Positions 23,513-36,360 of a stretch of DNA of 64,000 bases are shown here, in pieces. Within the stretch, counting starts at the first letter, position 1, and each line of letters begins with the position of its first letter. The translations under genes and the position numbers were made by a program. Under the pieces are notes generated by a model. It worked only from the letters and a program-made list of their open reading frames with translations. It was not told the origin of the DNA and did no database searches. The stretch covers positions 93,434,001 to 93,498,000 of the forward strand of contig NC_091472.1 of assembly GCF_036971445.1 (NCBI RefSeq). The letters run 5' to 3'. This DNA is from Narcine bancroftii (taxonomy: Eukaryota).

Positions 23513-26500
23513 TGTAGTGTAGATAAAACTGGAAGGAGAACAAATGCTGTTATTAGCTGACAACACAGGTAGGGTTCACGAACAAACTTCAGAGGGGTTC
23601 TGGGTTTAGGCGAGAAACCAGGGTTATATATGGGTCCTATGGGGAGGAGCCGGGAGTTGGGACCTGTCGTCAGTACAGCATACCTCATGAATCTCAGTCA
23701 CTTCATTCACCCCTTCCTTCAGAATTAAGGGTCTGTGGATGAAGAGAACAAGGATCAGATGCTAGTTATAGACAGAGAAGAGAAATATTTACAATACGAT
23801 TTACAGATTTAGGCAGTCCGGGTGTCTGGAGATCGTGGTGGAGCACCTTAGCACTGGGGGACCTTGAGTTTCTTGAGTCTCCTGATCCGCCTGTGATGAA
23901 AGGGTAGAGGGTTGGGGCTCCGTTTTGATGATAGAGGGGAGTTCACCCTCCTCCTGAACCAGGTCCCCTGAGGCCCTGAGTGGAAGTGGGGAGAAAAAGC
24001 TTGGTAGCTCATGGGAAACCTGAGGCAACGGATGCTCTGCTCTGGCAGGTGCCAGGTCCCTGATGGAGATAGTGTCCTCCCTACCATCTGGGTTCTCCAT
24101 ATAGGCGTATATGGGGTTGGCATGCAGCAATTTCACCCTTTTCACTGGGGGTCGGTCTTGCTTCTCCTCATATGCTTCTCGAGAAGGACTGGACCAGGAC
24201 CAGTGAGCCGGGCTGGGAATGTAGTCCCTGATGGCGATCTTCTGTCGAATGTAAACATGAGCTTATGAGGAGTAGCACAGTGCAAAGTAGCGACTGAATT
24301 GAGTGGAGCGCTATGGGGAGGACATCCTGCCAGCACAAGTCTGGAAAGCTTTTTTGCATCAGGGCAAGTTTGACAGCCTTCCAGATCGTGGCATTCTCTT
24401 TTTCAACCTGCCCGTTCCACCGTGGGTTATAACTGGTAGTCCTGCTGGATGTGAGGCCCCTCACCAGCTTGTTGCTCATGAAGACTGAGCCCTGGTCACA
24501 ATGAATAGAGCTGGGATGCCCGAACAGGGTGAAAATAGAGTCTAAGGCCTTCACAACAGACGAGACGGACGTGTCTGGGCACAGGATGGCGAACAGGAAG
24601 TGGAAATACTCATCGATGACCGAGAGAAAGTAGATGTTCCCATTCATGGAGGGGAGAGGTCGCTTAAAAATTAATGTTTGAAGGGCCTGGATGATTTAAG
24701 TGAAAAAAGTGCAGCTTGCACTCAGCACAGTCCCGGCATAACCTGGTCATTTCCCTGACGTCTTTTAGTGAGTAGGGAAAAATTGGAGGACAACAAAATG
24801 AGCCATGCAGGTGACTCCTGGATGGCAGAGCTCATTGTGTATGATCTGCAGTTGATTGGTGTGTATGGAGGCACAGTATCCCCTGGACAAGGCTTCTGGA
24901 AGGTCATTAAGGGACCCTGGCAGGTAGGCGATGTCAAAACTGTTGGTGGAGAGTTCGATCCTCTACCAAGCAATTTTGTCATTCTTGATTTTGCTCCTCT
25001 TGGCGTTGCTGAACATGAATGTGACAGGGTGCTGGTCCATGAGGAGCATAAATCTTCTACCAGCCAGTTCTGAATGCACACTTGTCAGAATTGTAAGTGA
25101 AATTCAGTACTCTCGCCACATGGAGATAGCTCTTGAGATTGGCATCATGGTCTTCCATGGTGTGGTCACAGATGGTGACATTGTTGAGGTTGGAGAAGGT
25201 AGCCTTCAACCTGTACTTGTCTACCATCCTGTCCATCTGCCGCTGGAAAATACACATCCCATTGGTAATACCGAAAGGTACCTTCTGGAACTGATAGTTG
25301 ACCGTTAACCTCAAATGCCATGTACAGGCGGTCCTCAGAATGGATTGGCAGTTTTCAGGTCGATGGTTGAATAGACATGATACTGCGCGATATTGTTCAC
25401 CATATCCGAAATGCAAGGGAAGGAGTATGCTTCCAGGAGTGTGTATCTGTTAATTGTTTGGCTATAGTCAATCACTAACCTGGACTTGTTTTCCCCTTTT
25501 ACTACCACCACTTGCACTCTCCATGGGCTGGTGCTGTGTTTGATGATCCCCTCCTCCAGCTGGCGCTGGGTCTCTGTCTTTATAAATTCCCTGTCTGCCA
25601 CACTGTACCTCCTCCTCTTGGTGATGATGGGCTTAGAGTCAGCAGACAGGTTTGTGAACAGGGCGGTGGGGGGGGGGGGGGGGGGGGGCTCGATATTCAG
25701 TGTGGAGAGGCTGTAAGTAGGTCCTCATTTTGAGGGCCCTCCGTTCCGAACCGTTACTGGGGTACTGGGGGAAGGGGATCAGAAAATTCCAAGGTCACAC
25801 TTTTAAGGTGACACAGGAAGTCCAAGCCCAACAATACTGGAGCACATAATTCATCTAAAATGTACATGCAAAATTTACAAAATTCCCCCCTTTAAATAAC
25901 AGATGAACTATATAATGTCTCTGTACACACGCCAAATAGGACTGGGATGCTAGGAAGATTCGGTAATTAGACGGGTACATTTTTTATTTATATTTTTGCA
26001 CAGTCCCTGAGTCTATGAAACTTTCTGTGGAGCCTGTGTCAATCAGGCACTTGGTTGAATGTCTGTTTCCCTTCACCATCACCATTGAGTTGTTGAGCTG
26101 GTGAGGTCTATTCTGGTTGAAGATCAGTGATGCCAGGTCTCTGAAGATGCCATGTTCTTCCCACGAGTGACCCCTCCATCCTGAATCAACCTGTGCAGGT
26201 AAGATGGTGCCAACCTCTTGGCATGGCAAGATGGCCGCCCTCTTTCCTCCTCTAATGATGATGATGGTGCCGAATTCAAAATCAGGCTGATGCAAGATGG
26301 CTGCTGAGCCTTTTTGCGCCATTTCTGTAGGCGGCAGGTTGCACCGCAGGCAATCCTGGGTGAGTTCAGGGTGGATGGCTAGGGGCTGGAATCGGATCCA
26401 GGAGCAGTACAGCCCATGGACCTCCCTTAATGTGGCAGAGCCTCGCCCAATGTCCCTACTTTCAGCAGCGGGAGCACGCCGAATCTTTGGCTGGGCAATG

Positions 26501-26850
26501 GGCACAGGGGTGCTGTCCCTTGCCATAGAAAAATCATGGACTTTTAGCGGCAGCCGTTAGAGCGGGGTCCGCCGTAGCAGGAGGAATTGGACCTTGGAGG
26601 TGCTTACCCAAGACCCCGAGTTCCCTGGCCTCAAGGTCATCGTTCTTGAGACTGGCCGTTCCAGTGATTTGGCTAGTTCGACATGGCTAGTGAGGTCCTC
26701 CCTTCCCAAATCGAGCAGTCGCTGCCTCACATATCTCGAGTGGACCCCAGTGACTAGAGTGTCCCGGATCTGTTCATCTTCCCAGACGCAGTCAATATAT
26801 CCAGGAAGAGTGCACCTGTAGCCCTCGTTTTGCTGTTTTGCAACACACTC
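23513..26850 (-). mobile_element. Gypsy LTR element 3 (related to element 1), 5'-truncated and internally deleted
   Basis: 3' LTR ~23513-23705 with PPT 23706-23720; gag (QIRDTLVTG), protease (CLIDTGSTESFI), RT (SPWRVQVVVV, YSTIDLK, VPFGITNG), integrase (NGQVEKEN). No 5' LTR found. Confidence 0.92.
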
Positions 26851-26859
26851 CTCAGAGCC

Positions 26860-27510
26860 TAACGGCACTCTTCCTGGCTTGACGGCACTCCCCAAGACCT
26901 GATGGCATTCTGCAGGACCTGGAAACACTCCTCAGGGCCTTACCATCTATTCTGCAGCTCCTGCCATGGTTTGAGTTCTAAAATGCAGCAACTCACACTT
27001 ATCAGAGTTATGTTTTATCTGCCAGTCCTCTGGTTTGTAGCTCACCTACTTACAGTGTAAAAAGCCTACCTAAATTTATTTTATCTATACCCTTCATAAT
27101 TTTAAATATCAAATCTCCCCTCATTCTTCATTTTTCAATATATTGAAAAGGCTTCAGAGGAGATTTGTCAGGATGTTGCTAGGACTTGACGGGTTGAGTT
27201 ATAGAGAGAGGGTGGACAGGCTGGGTCTATATTTCCTGAAGTGTAGAAGGCTGAGGGGTGCTCTGGCAGAGGTTTATAAAACTATGAAGGGCATGGATAA
27301 AGTGAATGCTTATAGCCTATTTCATAGGGAAAGTAATGTTGCAGTGCAATAAAACAAACTTGATAACCTCCAGCACTCTCCACTTGCACATTTGTGGTGT
27401 CACCTGCAAATTTACTGAGCATGCATTCTCATTCAAACCATTAATACAAAAAACAAACGACAGGGGGCCCAGCACTGATCCTAACCACACCACTCGTTGC
27501 AGGCCTCTAA
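26860..27510. mobile_element. Cluster of short CR1 fragments in both orientations
   Basis: QRRFVRMLLGLDGLSYRER (+, 27143-27330) and GSVLGPL (-, ~27340-27510). Confidence 0.7.
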
Positions 27511-28369
27511 TCAATGAATTATGGTAGAGGATGTTGATAAAGCTGGAAGGTACATTTTGAACATTGTTATTAAATAAATCTTCAACTAAAAATACCTGGA
27601 AGCACAAGGAATTAATTTAAAATATTATGTTGAAGTGAAAGGAAGATAAACCAATCACCTTTTATCAAGTTCATCAACCCTTTCAAATGAAGGGGTTCTG
27701 TTCTTGGAGGTGGAGATAGAGTGGTCCCTGACACTAACAAGAACTGGCCAGAGGTAAATATGATTTGGTTAAACATTTGAATCCATCTGAACCTGAAGGA
27801 ATGTGTTGGAAAAGAATTGCTCCATGAATTGTGTGCTTTAACATTTACCACTTGATTCAGCCTGTTGTTCATCCAAATCTGTCACAAATAAATAATATGT
27901 TCAAACTAGCCAAAAAGGTCAGTACTAATGCTTTATTGTTCTTTTGGATGAGGTGCTAATGTGAAAATTAAAAATCCAATAATCCCATATGGAGAATAAT
28001 CTGGATTTTTCTCAAGGAACAACTTTAAATATCCCTATTTTTAGATAGCCCCAGAAGCAGCCTAGTGCCAAATATGTTGCCCTTTCACAGGATGCTGTTC
28101 ATTCTTATTTCTTGCCAATCCTTCAATTGCTGCCCATTATGGAGCCTAACTCATATTGGACCAGACTGCCACACAAAAATTAAGGACCTCAAATTTCAGC
28201 AAGGCCATAGCTCCCAAAGACCGATAAAATTTAGAATGTTAAGGAAGCAGCACTTGGAAGTGATAGTAATAAAACAAAAATTGAATCAAAAGTAGTATTA
28301 TTGAGATTTAGTCTGAAAGCATGTGCCATTATGACCATAATCTAATTAATTTGCACAGGATTTTCATAT

Positions 28370-28755
28370 GCTTTTCTCCTTGGAGTGACAAAGGATGTGA
28401 GATGACTTAATAGGTTGACAAGATTATGAGGGGCTTAGGTCGGGAAGACAACCAGTACCCTTTTTATGGGACGACAATAGCAAATATCAGAGGACATCAG
28501 TTTAAGGTGAATAGAGGAAAGTTGAGGGGAGATGTCAGAGGCATTTTTTTTTTACACAGACAGTGGTGGGTGCCTGGATGTTGGTAAAATAGGAACATTC
28601 AACACACTCTTAGATGCAAGAAAGACACATGGATGTCAGAAAGAATAGAGGATTACGGGTGTGAGATAGGGAAAAATTAGATTGTTGTGGAATTGGTTTA
28701 CATAGGTTGGCACAACATTTTCTGAAGGGCCTGCGCTGTGCTGTAATGTTCTCTA
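28370..28755 (+). mobile_element. CR1 3' end
   Basis: ttttctccttggag...aagattatgagggg...tttacacagacagtggtgggtgcctgga and a typical tail; related fragment at 37380-37620. Confidence 0.75.
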
Positions 28756-29334
28756 TTGCTGATATATGTGGATCTCTTAAGATGTTTGTGTACACTGACT
28801 TCAACCAGTAATGGAAGTCTGTATTTTTCAGGTATATTCAGTACAGTATTGTCAGTACATTCATAGTGAGAACATTCTTAAATGCACTTGGGCCAGCATT
28901 CAAAGTCTTTGAAATTTTAGAGAACTGTACTGCACCCAGACTTGAGCAGTTGAGATGGTGAGCTTTGCGAGGTGTGGAATTGAGGCCCTTAGTATGGTAT
29001 GTACATTCTTTGACAAGCTACTCTAAACATGGAACAAATTATTTTTTCAGTATTGTTGAGATGCATCTGTGCAGAAAATGTGAAATGGAAGTGCAGTTGA
29101 GTATTTTAGGCAAACATAAGATTTTATGTGGATGTGGCATGATAGTAACCTGCCGCTTAAAATTCTAAATCCGTGCAGAGGCATCTTCTTGCATTAAAGC
29201 ACAGACAAACTTTCTGTTTGTGCCTGAAGCTATTGGGATGGAGTGCTCAAGTAAACTGCAGGGTTATAATTATGCCCTGATACCATCACCACTCTTAACC
29301 TTTTGTCTTAGAACAAACTCTGTATTAGGACCAC

Positions 29335-29935
29335 CTTCTTCTTCTTTGGCTTGGCTTTGCGGACGAAGATTTATGGAGGGGTATGTCCACGTCTGCTGCA
29401 GGCTCGTTGGTGACTGACAAGTCCGATGCGGGACAGGCAGGCATGGTTGCAGTGGTTGCAAGGGAAAATTGGTTGGTTGGGGTTGGGTGTTGGGTTTTTC
29501 CTCCTTTGTCTTTTGTCAGTGAGGTGGGCTCTGCGGTCTTCTTCAAAGGAGGTTGCTGCCCGCCGAACTGTGAAGCACCAAGATGCACAGTTGGAGGCTA
29601 TATCAGCCCACTGGCGGTGGTCAATGTGGCAGGCACCAAGAGATATCTTTAAGCAGTCCTTGTACCTCTTCTTTGGTGCACCTCTGTCTCGGTGGCCAGT
29701 GGAGAGCTAGCCATAGAACACGATCTTGGGAAGGCGATGGTCCTCCATTCTGGAGACATGACCCACCCAGCGCAGTTGGGTCTTCAGCAGCATGGATTCG
29801 ATGCTTGCGGACTCTGCCAGCTCAAGTACTTCGATGTTGGTGATGAAGTCATTCCAATGAATGTTGAGGATGGAGCGGAGACAGCGCTGATGGAAGCATT
29901 CTAGGAGCTGTAGGTGATGCCGGTAGAGGGCCCAT
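29335..29935 (-). mobile_element. RTE-clade LINE 3' fragment (same family as 16012-16880, more mutated)
   Basis: Reverse complement aligns closely with 16285-16880; (GAA)n tail. Confidence 0.95.
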
Positions 29936-32089
29936 CCACTTTCCCTTTAATTCCATCACTCATGTCTGCAACATCTCCCGCATTATCGTAATTCAACTTT
30001 TTTGGCACATCAAAACAATTCAATCAAGCAAGTCAGGCAAGATTTGCCTTCAACAAATCTATGCCATCAATCCTTAATTAATGTGTACCTTAACAAATAA
30101 AAGTTTATTTTGTCCCTATTAGTGAATTGCTTGCTTTGATGTTAGTCTGACTGGTCTGTGATCGCTGGTTTATCCTTCTTCCCTTGAACTGTCCTTGAGC
30201 TCATTATGCATTTTTTTATAAAGACGTGGACACCACTTCTCATTTTACTGTGCTGTCTTCCTGTCCATCAGGCTTTTTATTTGTGGCTTTAATATTGTCT
30301 GCAAGAATTGTAACCAACATTTTTGGGATGAAATGAAGTGATTTAAAAGAATTAGGTTCAGGTGTTTTGGCCAATGGTAATACTTCGTTAAATAAAAAAA
30401 CAAAATGAAAAACACATGACTAAAAAAAGTTCAAAGTTGTGTCTGAAGTGCACCAGGAGCACAACAATTTGCATTTCCATCTATTTTGCTGGATATTTTT
30501 AAAAAAATTACAAATAATGCAGTGTCCTTACTTAATGTAGCAATTGATTCAAATTCAGATTCATTGCAGCGTACATACATGACATCACATACAACCCCGA
30601 GATTCTTATTTCCCATTGGCGTGGCAAAATTATCACTAATTAGCAGTGAAAGAAATAAACTGTACATAATATTTTAGAAGGCTTTACGCTCAGGTGTATT
30701 GGTGTTCCTGATATGGTACAGGTTTTATTTTATTATTTCCGATACTCATTAAAATCCAAGGGTCATCTTGCAAAGTATCCTTGAACTATTTTCTACATCA
30801 GTGCATTTGTGATTTGCAATTCTTGATCATTCATCCAAATTATTTCCAAATCTGTGTCGATTGATGAATGGGCTGTTATATGGTCAATGCTAAATGACCT
30901 TGGAAAGCAACTGTAATAGTACACATTCGTGTACAAAATCACATCACCTTTATTTTTCTACTTTTTTTTAATCCAATGAAGCATTCTTGACAGGATTATT
31001 GGTTTCAATATCTGAAACTGCTATTAATTTAAGTAATCTCCCACAGATATGAATTACTGTTTTTTGTTCTCTAAGAGGGTAAAAAAAATTCCCTTCCCAT
31101 TTTTTGTACTATTGTTCAATTTCTTTGCATTGTAAATTCATCCCAACAAAACATATTAATTTGTAGCTTCATCATAGAATTCACCAGCTCATTCTATAGG
31201 TATTAACTGATGTTTGTGGTTTGTCCTGAACCTGTCAATGTATTTCATGAAACTGCAATTCACCAAAGGTTTGTGATTAACTATTCTTCAGTTATTTATT
31301 TGCCTAATGAAATTGCAGATGCATTTACCAAGAGATTGTCACTCTGTGACAGCTTTATTTTTGCATTTCTGGCATAAACTACTCGAGATCTTCACTTTCC
31401 TAAATGAGCTGTCAGAATTATTTCTGACATGAGGGTACCAGGAAGATTTTATTTTCACTAGTAACTCAAATTCATAACTTCCTGCATAAATTACAAATCA
31501 CTTTTCCCCATTTAAACATGTATTACGAACATCCTGAATGCATTGAGAAGGTTATTCAACTGCTTTGCTTCATTGGCAGAAGTAAATCCTTCATCATTAA
31601 ATCGGACAAGTCTGTGTATTTATGCCCTTGCTTATGGTCTACCATTCCAACACATATTGAATATTTTTTTCTACCAGTGTGTTTGGATAATTCCTGTTTC
31701 CAGCATGGAGTCATACTGAAAATAGGTAAGGATTGAAAATACATATCCGACCTGATTGACACTGACTTGTACTCAGTTTCAATAGAGAATCACATTAAAA
31801 CAAGTTTGCTGTTACACAAGGAGCTTCCTGTGTCAGAAATTTGGACTTGAATAGCATTAACAATTTATGTGATTAATGAATGACCACCCCTCATGATCAT
31901 TCAATTGCTTGGGTATCCTATTTTGAAATTTAATGGAACAAACATTGGGTATTTTTCTCCATAACAAAATATCTTGCTGAAGGCATAATTGAAATGCTTA
32001 ATTAAACTAGTTTATATGGTTACTTATGCAAATTTTTAGCTGCATGTTTGTCTGCTTAAAAATACAACCTGAAGATGTATCCTTCTAAT

Positions 32090-32540
32090 CACCGCTTCTC
32101 TTGGCAGTAGGTTCCAGGCACCTAGAATTTTCAACATTTATTAAAAACACGACTTTTAAGTCTCCTTTAATGTTTCCCCTTCTCGCCTTCATCCTAAGTT
32201 CTCTATGTTCTACCCTGGAAAATCAGGGCATACCTCAGCCTCTGATGCTACAGAGAGAGCATCCTCTGTTTGTCCAGCCTCTCCTTATATCTGATGCTCT
32301 CTAAAATAGGCAACATCCTGGTCTCCCTCTTCTGCATCCTCTCCAAAGCCTCCAGATTCTTCTTGTAATATGGTGACGGCACAAACACTCCAGATGTGGC
32401 CCAACTAAAGTTTTTTTTCAGCTGCAACATGATTTCTTGTATTTTATACTCATTGTCCTGTTCAATGAAGGCACCCTTTCTCCTTATGTTTTCACTTCCA
32501 CTTACACCCAGTGCTCCTAATGGCCCTGCCATTTACTTCA
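32090..32540 (-). mobile_element. Degenerate CR1 3' fragment
   Basis: ALERMQKRETRMLP...YKERLDK minus-strand ORF. Confidence 0.7.
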
Positions 32541-32552
32541 TACCTTTCTCTT

Positions 32553-33270
32553 ACTTTTTTTTGAATATTTTATTTTAATTTTCACACTTACAAAATCCAA
32601 TAAACAAAGCCGTTTGTGTACATGTGCATACACAAAGTCTGTTTTTGTCCACCCCCACTCCCCACCCACCACAGCAAATACATTCCAAAAACTTTTCTTG
32701 ATCCCACTCATCATGGGGCACATGACCCCTATCAAGACCTGTAATAAAAGTAAATCACAATGGCAATGCCATTCAAAGAAAACACTAAAAAGAAAAGAAA
32801 GAAACTCAAATGAAAAAGAGAAGTAAAGACCTGAAAAGAAAAGGGCAGGTGTGTCGTCTGCACCAAGTCCTATTTCCGTAATCACACCTCTGGCCGTACT
32901 GGGATAATTTAACCTTATCCCTATTTAAAAGGGGGGAATCAATCTATCTGAGAACCAAAGTACTGCAAATAAGGTTGCCAGACTCAAATAAATGTGGCTT
33001 TTTTTTTCCATAGGTTATATGTGATTTTCTACAGGGGATGCAACTCTGCATTTCCATATTCCTTTGTGTGGTATTTAGCTAGGAGTCAGTCTTCCATGAA
33101 ATTGCTATACACTTTCTGGCTACTGCCAAAGTGACTTTCACAAACAAAATGTGGAATTTAGTCAGTCTAAACTGCACTTCTCCAATATCCTCCAAGAGGA
33201 ACAGCTTCAAGTTCTGTGGAAAATCCACTCATAATTTTTTTTAGAATATCTCCTAGGCTTTCTCTTGTGC
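32553..33270 (-). mobile_element. L1-clade LINE 3' end
   Basis: Poly-T on + at ~32555; the minus strand reads FVKVTLAVARKCIAISWKTDS...EMQSCIP, like an L1 ORF2 C-terminus. Confidence 0.75.
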
Positions 33271-33949
33271 CTGGATTAAGATACATAAGCTATTTCTCTG
33301 GTCGTATTTCCGCCAGTTTATTTTGCACTGTATCTTTTGACAAATTTCTTCACTATCGATAACTCTACCATTTTCATCCAAAATCAGAAAACCATTGGGC
33401 ACAGACTTCCAATCCTTCCACTAATACCGTTGGTCTTCTATGGCAAAGCTAATTTGAATCCAATCTACCAAGTCACCATGGATTCCTTATATTTTAATCT
33501 TCTGAATCAGCCTATATAAGGATCCTTGTTGTTTTCCTCAATCCGTCTGGCCAAGGCTTTCTCATGGTCCCTTTCAGATCTCCTCAACCTCTTCTTAAGT
33601 TCTTCCCAGCTGCCTTTTATAATTCTCAAGAACTCTCCCTAATTTTTGCTTCTTGAATCTTAAATATCCTTCCTTTTTCCACTTGACAAACTGTTCCACC
33701 TCCCTTGTCAACTATGGTTCCTTTAATCCATCATCCTTTCTTTATTTCAATGGGACAAATCTATCCAGAACTCTATGCATGTGGTTCCTAAACAATCTCC
33801 ACATTTCTGCTGTGCATTTCCATGAAAATAATTTTTTCTCACTTAATGGTCCCAAAGTCCTGTCTAATCATAATTTGCCCTTCCCAAATAAATATTTTCC
33901 CATATCGTCTTCTCCTATCCTTATCCATGGCAATACTATAGGTCAGGGA

Positions 33950-35185
33950 CTAAATGTCAGTCCATTCCTTAAGAAGAAAAATAAGCAAAAGGCAGAATAT
34001 CATAGGTCAGTTAGCTTGACTTCAGTAGCTGGTAAGATTTTACAATTTGTTATTAAGGAAGAAGTATAGGGTACTTGGAAGAATAAGCTAAAATAAGCCG
34101 AAGTCATCTATAATTTCATTCAAGAGAAATCTCGCTTGACAAATCTGTTGGAGCTCTTTGAGGATGTAACTAGCAAGATAGACAGAGCAGAGTAAGTGGA
34201 TGTTATTTACTTACATTTTCAGAAGGCCTTTGACAAGGTAATGCAAATGAGGCTGCTAACCATATAACCGTTTACAGCACGGAAACAGGCCATGTCGCCC
34301 CTTCAAGTCCGTACCGGTTCACTTGAACAACTCCATTCGCTCCTCCGCAAACTCCTGAGGAAGTAGAGGCTTTCTTCATGATGTGGCATTCTTCTCCCGC
34401 ATGTTATGCGGACCTGAACATAAACATCCTGCCATTGAAAAAGAAGCTGTTCGTTACTGGAGACACAGGAAAGATACTAGCATGGATAGGCTGACTGGCA
34501 GAAGGCAAAGAGTGGAAATGAAATGTGGATGGGGAGAGGTTTATCATTTCATGAAGACTGATGAATATTGAAAGAGTGGATATGGGAAAGAGGATTCCAT
34601 TTGTGAGAATGTCTATGATTAGAGGGCACTGCCTCAGAATAAAAGGACGTCCATTTAGAACAGAGATGAGTAGAATTTCTTTTTCCAGAGTGCGCGGAGC
34701 TGCATCTATGGAATTCAGTGGCACAGAATGGTATGTTGACTATCATTGGATACATTTTTAAATTTAAATTTCTTAAAATTTAAATTTAGACATACAACAT
34801 GGCAACAGGCCATTTCAGCCCACAAGTCCGTACCTGCCAATTTACACCCGATTAACCTACACCACCACCCCATACATTTCGAACAGTGGGAGGAAATCGA
34901 AGCCCCTTGGCAAATTCTAAACAGACGTGGGGAGAACGATCCAACTCCTGACAGATAGCGTGGAATTCGAAACATGGTCACGATCACTGGTGCTATAAGG
35001 CAATAGCGAACCACTACGCCAACCACGCCACTCATATAAAGCGAGGTTTATAGGTTATTGATTAGTGAGTTTGTCAGGGTTATGTCAAGAAGGCAGGAGA
35101 ATGGGCTTGAGAGGGAAAAGTATATTATCCATGAGCAAATAGGGAGCAGAATTGATGGGCCAAATAGCCTTATTCTGATCTTCTG
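33950..35185 (+). mobile_element. CR1 LINE fragment carrying a patchwork insertion and a SINE
   Basis: YHRSVSLTSVAGKIL and FQKAFDKV remnants; 3' UTR resumes after the SINE near 35035. Confidence 0.8.
34760..35032 (-). mobile_element. tRNA-derived V-SINE-like element
   Basis: Minus-strand A box (tggcgtagtgg) and B box (tttcgaattcc), V-like core, tail of (taaatt)n; same family as the split copy 51150-56520. Confidence 0.82.
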
Positions 35186-35859
35186 CCTCTAGGTCCAAGC
35201 AAAAACTCCCTTCACTATTCCCACAAATAAGTACAATTACCAGTGTGAGGCTAAATATAAGTTTGATAAACAATGCACCAGTTTCCTTGTGGATGGCTTT
35301 AACTCAATTACATAAACATCAATGTTTACAATTCCTGGTGACCCCCACCATTTCTCACTCTTCTGTCAAACCATCACCCACCTCCCAGTGGTTAGAGGTA
35401 ATCTCCCTCTACCTGTCTCTCCACCTCTCCCTCCTTATGTCCAATACCTATTCACCTATTAGCCTCTCCCCAGTATCATCATCCCACTGTTATCCCCTTT
35501 GCTATACTTGATATCACTTCTTCCTGCAGCAGGCTTGCTGAAGCTCCTGACCTAAAATGGTGACTATTTATATCCATGAATGCTGCCTGACTCAATGAGT
35601 CCCTCCAGCTTCTCATTGTTAATTAACTTAAATTTGTAAATTAAAAAATTCTACCCCTAGTAATAACAAACATTTAATTGCCATATTGTGAAAACCCAAC
35701 TAATTCTGTGATGTATTTTAGGGGAAGAATTTGCAAAAGTTTCCATGCAAATATCTGGATATTAAATTTGAAAAGCTGTGCATGGCAGACATCTCCATTA
35801 CAACTCTAGTTACTTTTTGTTCCACTGGCAAGATCTAACCAACCAGCATTGGAAGTATA

Positions 35860-36360
35860 TTGGTTTGGTTTGGACAGGAAAGCAGAAGGTTGCAGAAAAT
35901 AGCAAACATGGCCATGTCCATCATTGGTTCTGATCTTCCAATGCATTAAAGACATTTATGTGAGATGCTGCCTCAAGAAGGCAGCTGACATCATAAAGGG
36001 CCCCCATCACCCTGCTCACAACCTCTTCTCACTGCTACCTTCAGGAAGAAGATATGAAAGCCTGAAGTCCAGCACCTCTAGATTCAAAAATAGTTTTTAT
36101 CCAATGACTATCCAGCTTTTGAACCTTTTCTTATTACTCTAGTCATAAACTATTCCAGGACCACCAGAAAGAACCGTCTGCATGATTGAAATGCCACTTT
36201 TTTTCTTGCACTAACTTTAACTATGAATATTTATCTATCCATCCTTTAGATTTATTTTCTCTTACTAGGATAATTTAATGTATACTATTGTTGTTGGTGT
36301 TTGGTTGCAGCAAGGAAGCGTTTTGGTGCATTTGTATGTATGCGACAATAAACTCTTTAT
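35860..36360 (+). mobile_element. Rex1/Babar LINE 3' fragment
   Basis: RCCLKKAADIIKGPHHPAHNLFSLLPSGRRY...RFKNSFYP. Confidence 0.88.

Noticed and set aside
25667-25689. Poly-G run as a programmed frameshift or G-quadruplex
   Set aside because: Most simply homopolymer expansion in a dead Gypsy copy; length may be a sequencing artefact.
27612-27872. Possible exon or ORF (RFRWIQ..., with a good minus-strand acceptor)
   Set aside because: No recognisable protein family beyond a short motif, weak donor, no partner exons.
34960-35030. tRNA gene
   Set aside because: The A/B boxes belong to a SINE head followed by SINE body and tail; no cloverleaf.
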